From Mobula hypostoma (taxonomy: Eukaryota), in NCBI RefSeq assembly GCF_963921235.1, contig NC_086097.1, forward strand, positions 252,776,001 to 252,840,000: a stretch of DNA of 64,000 nt, written 5' to 3'. The notes beneath the pieces are model-generated. The model searched no databases. It saw nothing but the letters and a program-made list of their open reading frames with translations, and was not told the DNA's origin. The position numbers and the translations under genes are program-made. Shown here piece by piece: positions 49,906 through 62,014 of this stretch. How positions within the stretch are numbered: the first letter of the stretch is position 1; every line of letters begins with the position of its first letter.

Positions 49906-50575
49906 TGCAAACATGAGGGAATCTGCAGATGCTGGAATTTCAAACAACGCACATAAAAATTACTGATGAACGCAGCAGGCCAGGCAGCATCTCTAGGAAG
50001 AGGGACAGTCGACGCTTTGGGCCGAGACCCTTCGTCAGGACTAACTGAAGGAAGAGCTAGTAAGAGATTTGAAAGTGGGAGGGGGAGGAGGAGATCTGAA
50101 ATGATAGGAGAAGATAGGAGGAGGAGGGATGGAGCCAAGAGCTCGACAGGAGATTGGCAAAAGGGGTACGAGAGGAACATGGAACAGGAGGCCCAGGGAG
50201 AAGGAAAAAGGGGAGTGGGGTAAAACCCAGAGGATGGGCAAGGGGTATAGTCAGAGGGACAGAGGGAGAAAAAGGAGAGAGAGAGAAAGAATGTGTGTAT
50301 ATAAATAAATAACGGATGGGTTACGAGGGGGAGGTGGGGCATTAGCGGAAGTTAGAGAAGTCAATGTTCATGCCATCAGGTTGGAGGCTACCCAGACGGA
50401 ATATAAGGTGTTGTTCCTCCAACCTGAGTGTGGCTTCATCTTTACAATAGAGGAGGCCGTGGATAGACATATCAGAATGGGAATGGGACGTGGAATTAAA
50501 ATGTGTGGCCACTGGGAGATCCTGCTTTCTCTGGCGGACAGAGCATAGGTGTTCAGCAAAATGGTCTCCCAGTCT
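49906..50575 (-). mobile_element. 5'-truncated Penelope-like element (GIY-YIG C-terminus plus hammerhead with mutated core)
   Basis: ORF 50342-50656 (RLGDHFAEH...PVATHFN...RLEEQHLIFRLGSLQPDGMNIDF); very similar to 26263-26940; the motif at 50006-50043 has AAAG instead of GAAA. Confidence 0.92.
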
Positions 50576-50628
50576 ATGAGAGAGAGTGCAGGAGTTCTCT
50601 AGAAAGTTGCCTAGATGGAAGGGTACTA

Positions 50629-51361
50629 CACTCAGTGGCCAGTTTATTAGGTACACCTTACACCTGCTTGTTTATGCGAATATCTAATCAGCCAATCATG
50701 TGGCAGCAACTCAGTGCATAAAAGCATGCAGACATGGACAAGAGGTCCAGTTGCTAACAAGAGAAAGTCTGCAGGTGCTGGAAATCCGAGCAACACACTC
50801 AAAATGCTGGAGGAACTCAGCAGGCCAGGCAGCATCTATGGAAAAAAGTACAGGTGCAGTTGTCATTTCAGGCCAAGACCCTTCAACAGAACTATTGTTG
50901 CTTTCAACAGGTTCAGTTGTTGTTCAGTCCAACCATCAGAATGGAGAAGAAATGTGATCTAAGTAACTTTGATCATGAAATGATTGTTGATGCCAGACTG
51001 AATGGTTTGTTTATCTCAGAAACTGCTGATCTCCTGGGATTTTCACACACAACAGTCTCTAGAGTTTACAGACAACGGAGTGAAAATAGGGAAAAACATC
51101 CAGTGAGCAGCAGTTCTGTGAGTGAAAAAGTCTTGTTAATGAGAGAAGTCAGAGCAGAATGACTAGACTGATTCAAGCTATTGGGAGGGTGACAGGAACT
51201 CAGATAACCATGGTCACAACAGTGATGTGCAGAAGAGCATCTCTGAATGCACAATTTGTTGAACCTTGAAGTGGATGGGCTACAACAGCAGAAGACCATG
51301 AACATACACTCAGTGGCCACTCCATTAGGTACAGGAGGTAACGAATAAAGTGGCCACTGTG
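50629..51361 (+). mobile_element. Non-autonomous Tc1/mariner element (TDR2-like)
   Basis: TA then cactcagtggccagtttattagg, and aataaagtggccactg at the other end; HTH remnant MEKKCDLSNFDHEMIVDARLNGLFISETADLLGFSHTTVSRVY; a second TIR copy at 51307. Confidence 0.8.
50756..50890 (-). mobile_element. Short Penelope-derived repeat inserted in the TDR2-like element
   Basis: Family sequence flanked by aggtccagttgct / aggttcagttgtt (possible TSD). Confidence 0.7.
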
Positions 51362-51489
51362 CATATGATCAAAAGTTTCACTTTGTCTTTTACAATGAAG
51401 AAAAATGACAAAACTAGGAACCATATTATGTCACAATAATGTACGTGGGAAGATGAAAGGGGAGGTGAAAAAGTTGACTATTAAAGATG

Positions 51490-51590
51490 TGCAACACACA
51501 TCAAAGTTGCTGGTGAACGCATCAGGTCAGGCAGCATCTCTAGGAAGAGGTACAGTCGACGTTTCAGGCTGGGACCCTTCGTCAGGACTC
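51490..51590 (-). mobile_element. Short Penelope-derived repeat
   Basis: Near-identical to 26300-26400. Confidence 0.85.
51553..51590 (-). ncRNA. Minimal type I hammerhead ribozyme motif (intact core)
   Basis: Minus strand GAGUC-CUGACGA-AGG-gucccag-CCU-GAAAC-GUC-GACUG. Confidence 0.78.
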
Positions 51591-51999
51591 ATCCTTTTTT
51601 CGACTCCCTTGTCCATTCGTCCCCCCGCCCCCCATCCCTCCCCACTGATCTCCCTCCTGGCACTTATCCTTTTTTACGCTTTCTTATTAAAGATGTGTCT
51701 CTTTTGCACAGTGCACACTGTGTAAAGTTCAGACAGACAGAGCTATGTGTCAGATGGATCTCAGCACCACCCAGCTCATGAGGAACGGCAGACAGGAATT
51801 CCACAAAGGCTTATCTCAATCAGATCTACTTAGAGGATGAAGGGCAATGGTCATCTCTGCAAAGATGAGACTTTCGCCAGTAGCCAGGATTAGTGTTTAA
51901 TGTCAGCCTCTTGAGGAAAAAGTAACTACAACTATATTTAACAACGGACATCCAAAACAGCAAAATTAAAGGTAGCAAAGAGAAAAAAAGTGAAGACAA

Positions 52000-52475
52000 G
52001 TCAAAGTTCAAAGTAAATTAATTATCAAAGTACATATATGTCACAATATACAACCACCCTGAGATTTATTTTCTTGTGAGCATTCAGAGAAAATCCAAGA
52101 AACACAATAGAATCAATGAAAGACTGCACCCAGTAGGACTGGCAAATAACCAATGGGTAAAATATAGCAAACTATGCAAATACAGAAGGAAAAAAAATTA
52201 CAATAAGAAGAAAATAAGCAATAAATATCGAGAACATGAGATAAAGAATTCTTGAAAGTGAGTCAGTAGTTTGTTGGAACATTTCAGTGGTGGGACAAGT
52301 GAACTGAATGAGGTTATCCCTTCTGGTTCAAGAACCTGATGATTAAATTGTTCCTAAACCTGATGGTGTGAGTCCTGAGGCTCCTGAACCTTTATCTTGA
52401 TGGCAGCAGCAAGAAGAGAGCATGTCTGATGTGATGAGGGGCCCGGATGATGGATGCTGCTTTCCTGCCACAGCG
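52000..52475 (-). mobile_element. Rex1/Babar 3' fragment
   Basis: Same family as 14140-14737. Confidence 0.7.
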
Positions 52476-52699
52476 TTGATACTGATGTGTTCGGAAACAG
52501 CTTTTCTCCTCCACCAATGGACAATGAGCTCATGAACACTATACCACTACTTAATTTTCTTTTACCATATATACTTCTTATTGTAATTTATAGTTTTAAT
52601 TATTATGTATTGCAAGGTAATGCTGCTGCAAATGACAAATTTTGTGATGTAGGCTATGATATTAAATCTGATTCTGATTACAAACGCATGTAAATTTCT

Positions 52700-53565
52700 G
52701 CTTAGAACTGCTTAGAATTTCCCTAGCGCATAGCCCTCGATATTTCTAAGCTCCATGTACCTATCTAAGAGGCTCTTAAAAAAACCCTTTGTATCCGCCT
52801 CTACCACCTTCATCGGCAGTGCATTCCATGCACTCACCAGTCTCTGTGTGAAAAACCTACCTCTGACATCCCCTCTGTACCTAATTCCAAGCACCTTAAA
52901 ACTATGCATCCTCGTGTTAGCTATTTCAGACCTAGGAAAAAACCTCTGGCTATCCACATGATCAATGCCTCTCATATTCTTATACACCTCTGACAGATCA
53001 CCTCTCATCGTCAGTTGCTCAAAGAGAAAAGACCAAGTTCACTCAATTTATTCTCATTCCAATTCTTATTCCAATCCAGGCAACATCCTTGTAAATCTCC
53101 TCTGCACTCTCTCTATAGTATCCACATCCTTCCTGTAGTGAGGTGAACGCAGTATTCCAAATGGGGTACAACTAAGGTCTTATATAGCTGTAACATTACC
53201 TCACAGCTCTTGAACTCAATCCCACCCCTGATGAAGGCCAACACACCATACGCCTTCTTAACAACACTGTTAACCTGCACAGCTGCTTTGAGTGTCCTAT
53301 GGACATGGAACCCAAGATCTCTCAGATCCTCCACATTGCCAAGAGTCTTACCATTTATATTATATTCTGTCTTCAAATTGGACCTACCAAAATGAACCAC
53401 TTCACACTTATCTGGGTTGAACTCCATCTGCCACTTCTCAGCCCAGTTCTGCATTCTATCAATGTCCCGCTGTAACCTCTGACAACCCTCTAGATTATCC
53501 ACAACACCCCCAACCTTTCTGTCGTTGGCAAGCCCTTCTACTTCCTCATCCAGGTCATTTATAAA
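52700..53565 (-). mobile_element. CR1 RT and 3' fragment
   Basis: ORFs 52712-53008 and 53113-53589. Confidence 0.9.
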
Positions 53566-53930
53566 ACTCTTGTTTTTAAAATGCCTCAATGGTCTGGGAC
53601 CGGACTACAGCACAGAATGGTTTTCATTTTATAATCCTACCCGAGCTCTCAAGTTTTCTTCTGCTGGTCCCTTAAATTTAAACAATCTCCCTCAAAAGAT
53701 AATTAACAGGTTAGCTTTTTTGAACTGCACTCCGAAGTGGAACTCAATCCCTAAAACTATAAGGGATGCAGACTCAGTTGACACTTTTAAATGTCAGCTC
53801 AAAACCTATTTATTTAATTTTGCTTTTAACAAACATCTTTTTGACTTTTATTTCCATGTTTGCACTTTATCCCATTGTGAACTGCATCAACTGTATGAAA
53901 TGTGCTGTATAAATTAAGTTATTATTATTT
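53560..53930 (+). mobile_element. L2-clade LINE 3' fragment
   Basis: FLKCLNGLGPDY...YNPTRAL...KWNSIPKTIRDADSVDTFKCQLKTYLF; L2-type tail (atgaaatgtgctgtataaat) with (att)n. Confidence 0.8.
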
Positions 53931-55394
53931 ATATAAATTGTAGTTATACTTACAAACTTCACATGTACACACACATAGTGTGCAGATAGGAATTATTAAA
54001 CCAAGTGTGCTAATGTTTCCTTTGAAACGGAGATGATTTAGAATGAGGTCATGGGTTTGGTCTTCATGATAAATCATTCTAGGCTGTAGGTTTTTACGTA
54101 TGTGGTCCCTAAATGGTTTTGACAGTCTGTTGATTCAGTTTTTCCAGACTTATAGACCTTTTCCTTTTGATCTATTAATTTTCAAATGAAAGAGGAAATA
54201 TACAAAATCTTATAAAAGTTTATCCTATCAGATGTAATTTGAACCTTTACCGTATCTGGAGTTTTTTTCTTGTAAATCATTTTAAATGAAAAAATCGATA
54301 CATTGAAGCTATTCTCTTCATTCAGTCTTATATACAGCCAGTCTGCAAAACACTAACAAGTTCTGAAAGAAAGTTAAAAAGGGAATTTTCTGCCAGGTTG
54401 TCAGTGTTCTCCGATTACCCAGTTGATGTTGTGGATTGTGCATTTACTGTTCTGGTGCTTTGTTCTGTATAAGTGGGGGTATTAATGTGACTCCTTCTGA
54501 ATAGGCTGGAATGACAGAGCCTTAAACGTGAGAACTGTGTGTTTTAGACTCTTATTGTGCTTGGAGAGAAGTTAATTAGGAAGCGAAACCTTAGGTAGTT
54601 GACAGTGTGCTTTGTTGGCCGCTAGATCACTGTGACAAATACCACTGAAAGCCACTTCATTTTTTTTTGTAAGCAGAGATGTTAGGAATTTGAACAAAAA
54701 TGCATTTGTGAAGATCTGCATTTCATCTGTGTCTAACTGCATGGGAAAGAGCGCTAATGACTTGTTTTAATAAAGTTTGGTGATAAAACATTCATCAACA
54801 GCCTCTTCTCTGGTTTCATTGCTCGCTAAGGAGGCTTTCATCCTGCTAAGGTCCATTATGCAAACCAGTGCATGATAACTTTGATGTTTTTGAGCAGCAG
54901 ACCCCGGCCATTCTAGTCTGAGTCAACAAAGCACTTAAGGTATAATAGGCATATCTGGTGATTACACCAGCAAGTCCATTTCATATTAATATTACAAAGC
55001 AGTCAGTTCCATAAAACAAATCAATCTGTTTTAATATTTTTAAATGTAAATTATGTACATGTGTTTACTTTTAATGCTGTTGCAATTAAATAATCCTAGA
55101 AGAGGTTGGCATTGGGTTAAGAACAGTCTCATTCCATCATGGCTGACTCCATTCCACTTCAGCCTATTGACTATGCCCACCATTCCATCATTCTACTATT
55201 TTTGATGTTTCTTATTGTACATATGATTTTTTTGTGTTCTGTCGCTGAGCAACAGTGAACCATCTGATTGGCCGATCAGAGTTCTCTTTGGGAACTAGTT
55301 GACTTGATCAGCATTTCTGATCTGGCTATTGTTCACGATTGCACTTAATAAAAAAAATGGCTGGCTCTATTCTAGTTTGGCCTGTCGAGTATGC

Positions 55395-56215
55395 CTGCCA
55401 TTCCATCATGGCTGACTGATTATCTCTCTCAACTCCATTCTCCTGAATTCTCCCTGTAACCTTTGACATAGTGACTAATCAAGAACATATCAACCACCAC
55501 TTCAAAATACCCAGTGATTTCTCCCTGCACCCTTTCATGCTCTGACTAATCCAGAACCTATCAACCTCTGCGTTATACCCAATGCCTTGGCCTCCATAGC
55601 TGTTGGTGCCAATGTATTCCACAGTCTCACCACCTTCTCATTTCTGTTTTAAATGGGCGTTCCTATATTCTGAGGCTGTGTCCTCTGGTTCTAGACTCCT
55701 CCACTACAGAAAATTCCTCTCCACATCCAATCAATTTCAATGAGAGCCCCCCTCATTCTTGTAACGTCCAATAAATACAGGCTCAGAGCCATCAAACATT
55801 CTTCATACTTTAACCCTTTCATTCCCTGAATCATTCTTGTGAACCTGCTCTGGACTTCCTTCAAAGCCAACACATCTTTTCTTAGATAAGGAGCGAAACT
55901 TGTTCACAATACTCCAAATGTAGTCAAACCAGTGCCTTATGAAGCCGCAACATTACTTCCTTGCTTTTATATTCTAGTCCTCTGAAAATGAATGCTAATA
56001 TTCTATTTGCCTTCCTCACCATCGACTCAACCTGCAAATTAACCTTTAGTGAATCCTGCATGAAAACTCCAAGTTCCTTTGCACCACAGAGTTTTTTCAG
56101 TTTTCTCTATGTGTAGAAAATAGTCCAAGCATTTATCCCTTCTGCCAAAGTGCATGACCACACACTTCCAGACACTATATTCAATCTGCCACTTCTTTGC
56201 ACATTCTCCCAATCT
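55395..56215 (-). mobile_element. Decayed CR1 3' part
   Basis: ORF 55691-55873 (VQSRFTRMIQGMKGLKYEE). Confidence 0.85.
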
Positions 56216-58492
56216 CGAAACATAGAAACATAGAAAAATCTACAGTACAATACAGGCCCTTTGGCCCACAAAGCTGTGCCGAACATGTCCCTACCTTAGA
56301 AATTACCTAGGGTTACGCACAACCCACTATTTTTCTAAGGTCCGTGTACCTATGCAGGACTCTTTTAAAAGATCCTATTGTATCCGCTTGCACTACCGTC
56401 ACTGGCAGTGCATTCCACGCACTCACCACTCTCTGTGAGAAAAACTTACCTCTGACATCTCCTCTGTAACCTACTTCCAAGCACCTTAAAACTGTGTCCT
56501 CTCGTGTTAGTCATTTCAGCCCTGGGAAAAAGCCTCCGACTATCCACACGATCAATGCCTCTCATTACCTTGTACGCCTCTATCAGGTCACCTCTCATCC
56601 TCCGTCGCTCCAAGGAGAAAAGACCGAGTTCACTCAACCTATCCTCATAAGGCATGCTCCCCAATCCAGGCAACATCCTTGTACATCTCCTCTTCACTCT
56701 TTCTATGGTTTCCACATCCTTCCTGTAGTGAGGCGACCAGAACTGAGCACAGTACTCCAAGTGGGGTCTGACCAGGGTCCTGTATAGCTGCAACATTACC
56801 TCCTGGCTCCCAAACTCAATCCCACAATTGATGAAGGCTAATGCACCGTATGCCTTCTTAACCACAGAGTCAACCTGCGTAGCAGCTTTGAGTGTCCTAT
56901 GGACTCGAACCCCAAGATCCCTCTGATCCTCCACACTGCCAAGAGTTTTACCATTAATGCTATATTCTGCCATCATATTTGACCTAACAAAGTGAAACAC
57001 CTCACACTTATCTGGGTTGAACTCCACCTGCCACTTCTCAGACCAGTTTTGCATCCTATCGATGTCCCGTTGTAACCTCTGACAGCCCTCCACACTATCC
57101 ACAACACCATCAACCTTTGTGTCATCAGAAAATTTACTAACCCATCCCTCCACTTCCTCATCCAGGTCATTTATAAAAATCACGAAGAGTAAGGGTCCCA
57201 GAACAGATCCCTGAAGCACACCACTGGTCACCAGCCTCCATGGAGAATATGACCTGTCTACAACCACTCTTTGCTTTCTGTGGGCAAGTCAGTTCTGGAT
57301 CCACAAAGCAAGGTCCCCTTGGATCCCATGCCTCCTTACTTTCTCAATAAGCCTTGCGTGGGGTACTTTATCAAATGCCTTGCTGAAATCCATATACACT
57401 ACATCTACTGCTCTAACTCCATCAATGTGTTTAGTCACATCCTCAAAAAATCCAATCAGGTTCGTAAGGCACGATCTGCCTTTGACAAAGTCATGCTGAC
57501 TATTCCTAATCATATTATGCCTCTCCGAATGTTCATAAATCCTGCCTCTCAGGATCTTTTCCATCAACTTACCAACCACTGAAGTAAGACTCAGTGGTCT
57601 ATAGTTTCCTGGGCTATCTCTACTCTGTTTCTTGAATAAGGGAACAACATCCGCAACCCTCCAATCCTTTGGAACCTCTCCCGTCCCCATTGATGATGCA
57701 AAGATCATTGCCAGAGGCTCAGCAATCTCCTCCCTCACCTCCCACAGTAGCCTGGGGTACACCCCGTCCTGTCCCGGTGACTTATCCACCTTGATGCTTT
57801 CCAAAAGCTCCAGCACATCCTCTTTCTTAATATCTGCATGCTCAAGCTTTTCAGTCTGCTGCAAATCATCACTACAATCACCAAGATCCCTTTCCATAGT
57901 GAATACTGAAGCTAAGTACTCATTAAGTACCTCCTCTATCTCCTCTGGTTCCATACACACTTTTCCGCTGTCACACTTGATTGGTCCTATTCTCTCACAT
58001 CTTATCCTCTTGCTCTTCACATACTTGTAGAATGCCTTGGGGTTTTACTTAATCCTCTCCACCAAGGCCTTCTCATGGGCCCTTCTGGCTCTCCTAATTT
58101 CATTCTTGAGCTCCTTCCTGCTAACCTTATAATTTTCTAGGTCTCTATCATTAACTAGTTTTTTGAAGCTTTCATAAGCTTTTCTTTCCTTCCTGACTAG
58201 ATTTACAACAGCCTTTGTACACCACGGTTCCTGAACCCTACCATCCTTTCCCTGTCTCATTGGAACATACCTATGCAGAGCTCCATGCAAATATCCCCAG
58301 AACATTTGCAACATTTCTTCCATTCATTTCCCTGAAAACATCTGCTCCCAATTTATGCTTCCAAGTTCCTGCCTGATAGCCTCATACGTCCCCGTACTCC
58401 AATTAAATGTTTCCCTAACTTGTCTGTTCCTATCCCTTTCCAATGCTATGGTAAAGGAGATAGAATTGTGATCAATATCTCCAAAATGCTCT

Positions 58493-61400
58493 CATAGAAA
58501 CATAGAAACATAGAAAATAGGTACAGGAGTAGGCCATTCGGCCCTTCGAGCCTGCACCGCCATTCAGTATGATCATGGCTGATCATCCAACTCAGAACCC
58601 TGTACCAGCCTTCCCTCCATACCCCCTGATCCCTTTAGCCACAAGGGCCATATGTAACTCCCACTTAAATATAGCCAATGAACTGGCCTCAACTGTTTCC
58701 TGTGGCAGAGAATTCCACAGATTCACCACTCTCTGTGTGAAGAAGTTTTTCCTAATCTCGGTCCTAAAAGGCTTCCCCTTTATCCTCAAACTGTGACCCC
58801 TCGTTCTGGACTTCCCCAACATTGGGAACAATCTTCCTGCATCTAGCCTGTCCAATCCCTTTAGGATTTTATAAGTTTCAATAAGATCCCCCCTCAGTCT
58901 TCAAAATTCCAACGAGTATAAGCCTAGTTGATCCAATCTTTCATCATATGAAAGTCCTACCATCCCAGGAATCAATCTGGTGAACCTTCTTTGTACTCCC
59001 TCTATGGCAAGGATGTCTTTCCTCAGATTAGGGGACCAAAACTGCACACAATACTCCAGGTGTGGTGTCACCAAGGCCTTGTACAACTGCAGTAGTACCT
59101 CCCTGCTCCTGTACTCGAATCCTCTTGCTATAAATGCCAGCATACCATTCGCCTTTTTCACCTCCTGCTGTACCTGCATGCCCACTTTCAATGACTGGTG
59201 TATAATGACACCCAGGTCTCGTTGCACCTCCCCTTTTCCTAATTGGCCACCATTCAGATAATAATCTGTTTTCCTGTTTTTGACACCAAAGTGGATAACC
59301 TCACATTTATCCACATTAAATTGTATCTGCCATGAATTTGCCCACTCACCTAACCTATCCATGTCACCTTACATCCTCTTAGCATCCTCCTCACAGCTAA
59401 CACTGCCGCCCAGCTTCGTGTCATCCGCAAACTTGGAGATGCTGCATTTAATTCCCTCATCTAAGTCATTAATATATATTGTAAACAACTGGGGTCCCAG
59501 CACTGAGCCTTGCGGTACCCCACTAGTCACTCTCTGCCATTCTGAAAAGGTCCCGTTTATTCCCACTCTTTGTTTCCTGTCTGCCGACCAATTCTCTATC
59601 CATATCAATACCTTACCCCCAATATCGTGTGCTTGCACACTAATCTCCTGTGTGGGACCTTGTCAAAAGCCTTTTGAAAATCCAAATATACCACATCCAC
59701 TGGTTCTCCCCTATCCACTCTACTAGTTACATCCTCAAAAAATTCTATGAGATTCGTCAGACATGATTTTCCTTTCACAAATCCATGCTGACTTTGTCCG
59801 ATGATTTCACCACTTTCCAAATGTGCTGTTATCACATCTTTGATAACTCAATCTAGCATTTTCCCCACCACTGATGTTAGGCTAACCGGCCTATAATTCC
59901 TCGGTTTCTCTCTCCCTCCTTTTTTAAAAAGTGGGGTTACATTAGCCACCTTCCAATCCTCAGGAACTAGTTCAGAATCTAAAGAATTTTGAAAAATTAT
60001 CACTAATGCATCCACTATTTCTTGGGCTACTTCCTTAAGCACTCTGGGATGCAGACCATCTGGCTCTGGGGATTTATCTGCCTTTAATCCCTTCAATTTA
60101 CCTAACACCTCTTCCCTACTAACATGTATTTCCCTCAGTTCCTCCATCTCACTGGACCCTCTGTCCCCTACTATTTCTGGAAGATTATTTATGTCCTCCT
60201 TAGTGAAGACAGAACCAAAGTAATTATTCAATTGGTCTGCCATGTCCTTGCTCCCCATAATCAATTCACCTGTTTCTGTCTGTAGGGGACCTACATTTGT
60301 CTCAACCAATCTTTTTCTTTTCACATATCTATAAAAACTTTTACAGTCAGTTTTTTTGTTCCCTGCCAGTTTTCTCTCATAATCCTTTTTCCCCTTCCTA
60401 ATTAAGCTCTTTGTCCTCCTCTGCTGGACTCTGAATTTCTCCCAGTCCTCAGATGAGCCACTTTTTCTGGCTAATTTGTATGCTTCTTCTTTGGAATTGA
60501 TACTATCCCTAATTTCTCTTGTCAGCCACGGGTGCACTACCTTCCTTGATTTAATCTTTTGACAAACTGTGATGAACAATTGTTGTAGTTCATCCATGTG
60601 ATCTTCAATTGCTTGCCATTGCATATCCACTGTCAACACAAATCCATGCTGACTTTGTCCGATGATTTCACTGCTTTCCAAATGTGCTGTTATCACATCT
60701 TTGATAACTCAATCTAGCATTTTCCCCACCACTGATGTTAGGCTAACCGGCCTATAATTCCTCGGTTTCTCTCTCCCTCCTTTTTTAAAAAGTGGGGTTA
60801 CATTAGCCACCTTCCAATCCTCAGGAACTAGTTCAGAATCTAAAGAATTTTGAAAAATTATCACTAATGCATCCACTATTTCTTGGGCTACTTCCTTAAG
60901 CACTCTGGGATGCAGACCATCTGGCTCTGGGGATTTATCTGCCTTTAATCCCTTCAATTTACCTAACACCTCTTCCCTACTAACATGTATTTCCCTCAGT
61001 TCCTCCATCTCACTGGACCCTCTGTCCCCTACTATTTCTGGAAGATTATTTATGTCCTCCTTAGTGAAGACAGAACCAAAGTAATTATTCAATTGGTCTG
61101 CCATGTCCTTGCTCCCCATAATCAATTCACCTGTTTCTGTCTGTAGGGGACCTACATTTGTCTCAACCAATCTTTTTCTTTTCACATATCTATAAAAACT
61201 TTTACAGTCAGTTTTTTTGTTCCCTGCCAGTTTTCTCTCATAATCCTTTTTCCCCTTCCTAATTAAGCTCTTTGTCCTCCTCTGCTGGACTCTGAATTTC
61301 TCCCAGTCCTCAGATGAGCCACTTTTTCTGGCTAATTTGTATGCTTCTTCTTTGGAATTGATACTATCCCTAATTTCTCTTGTCAGCCACGGGTGCACTA

Positions 61401-61648
61401 CCTTCCTTGATTTAATCTTTTGACAAACTGTGATGAACAATTGTTGTAGTTCATCCATGTGATCTTCAATTGCTTGCCATTGCATATCCACTGTCAACAC
61501 AAATCCATGCTGACTTTGTCCGATGATTTCACTGCTTTCCAAATGTGCTGTTATCACATCTTTGATAACTGACTCTAGCATTTTCCCCACCACCGATGTT
61601 AGGCTAACCGGTCTATAATTCCCCGGTTTCTCTCTCCCTCCTTTTTTA
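58493..61648 (-). mobile_element. Young CR1 LINE with internal tandem duplication
   Basis: ORFs 58592-59835 nearly identical to 38953-40299; catagaaa tail repeats at 58493-58516. Confidence 0.95.
59776..61648. repeat. 861-bp tandem duplication (2 copies plus a partial third)
   Basis: cacaaatccatgctgac recurs at 59776, 60637 and 61498; ORFs 59848-60696 and 60709-61707 share an identical ~280-aa peptide. Confidence 0.95.
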
Positions 61649-62014
61649 TATCTCTCCCACTGAGAGATCTGACACCTGACCAGGTTCATTTCCCAATACC
61701 AGATCAAGTGCAGTCTCTCCTCTTGTAGGCTTATCTACATATTGTGTCAAGAAACCTTCCTGAACACACTTAACAAACTCCACCCCATCTAAACCCCTTG
61801 CTCTAGGGAGAAGCCAATCAATATTTGGAAATTAAGATCTCTGACCACGGCAACCCTGTTATTATCGCATCTTTCCAGAATCTGTCTCCCTATCTGCTCC
61901 TTGATGTCCCTGTGGGTGGTCTATAAAAAACTCCCAGTATTGTCCCTTTCCTGTTCCTAACTTCCACCCATAGAGACTCCGTAGACAATCCCTCCATGAT
62001 TTCCTCCTTTTCTT

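Larger units (their letters stand above)
56218..62010 (-). mobile_element. CR1 LINE ORF2 split by a younger CR1 at 58493-61648
   Basis: ORFs 56446-57267, 57289-58020 and 58045-58323; the sequence resumes at 61649 (aaaatgctctc ... ctctcccactgagaga) with APE-region sequence. Confidence 0.88.

Noticed and set aside
50006..50043. Active hammerhead ribozyme
   Set aside because: The conserved GAAA of the core is changed to AAAG; predicted inactive
51708..51723. V(D)J recombination signal (cacagtg/cactgtg)
   Set aside because: No ACAAAAACC-like nonamer at 12/23-bp spacing, wrong arrangement for a signal joint, and no Ig/TCR segments nearby
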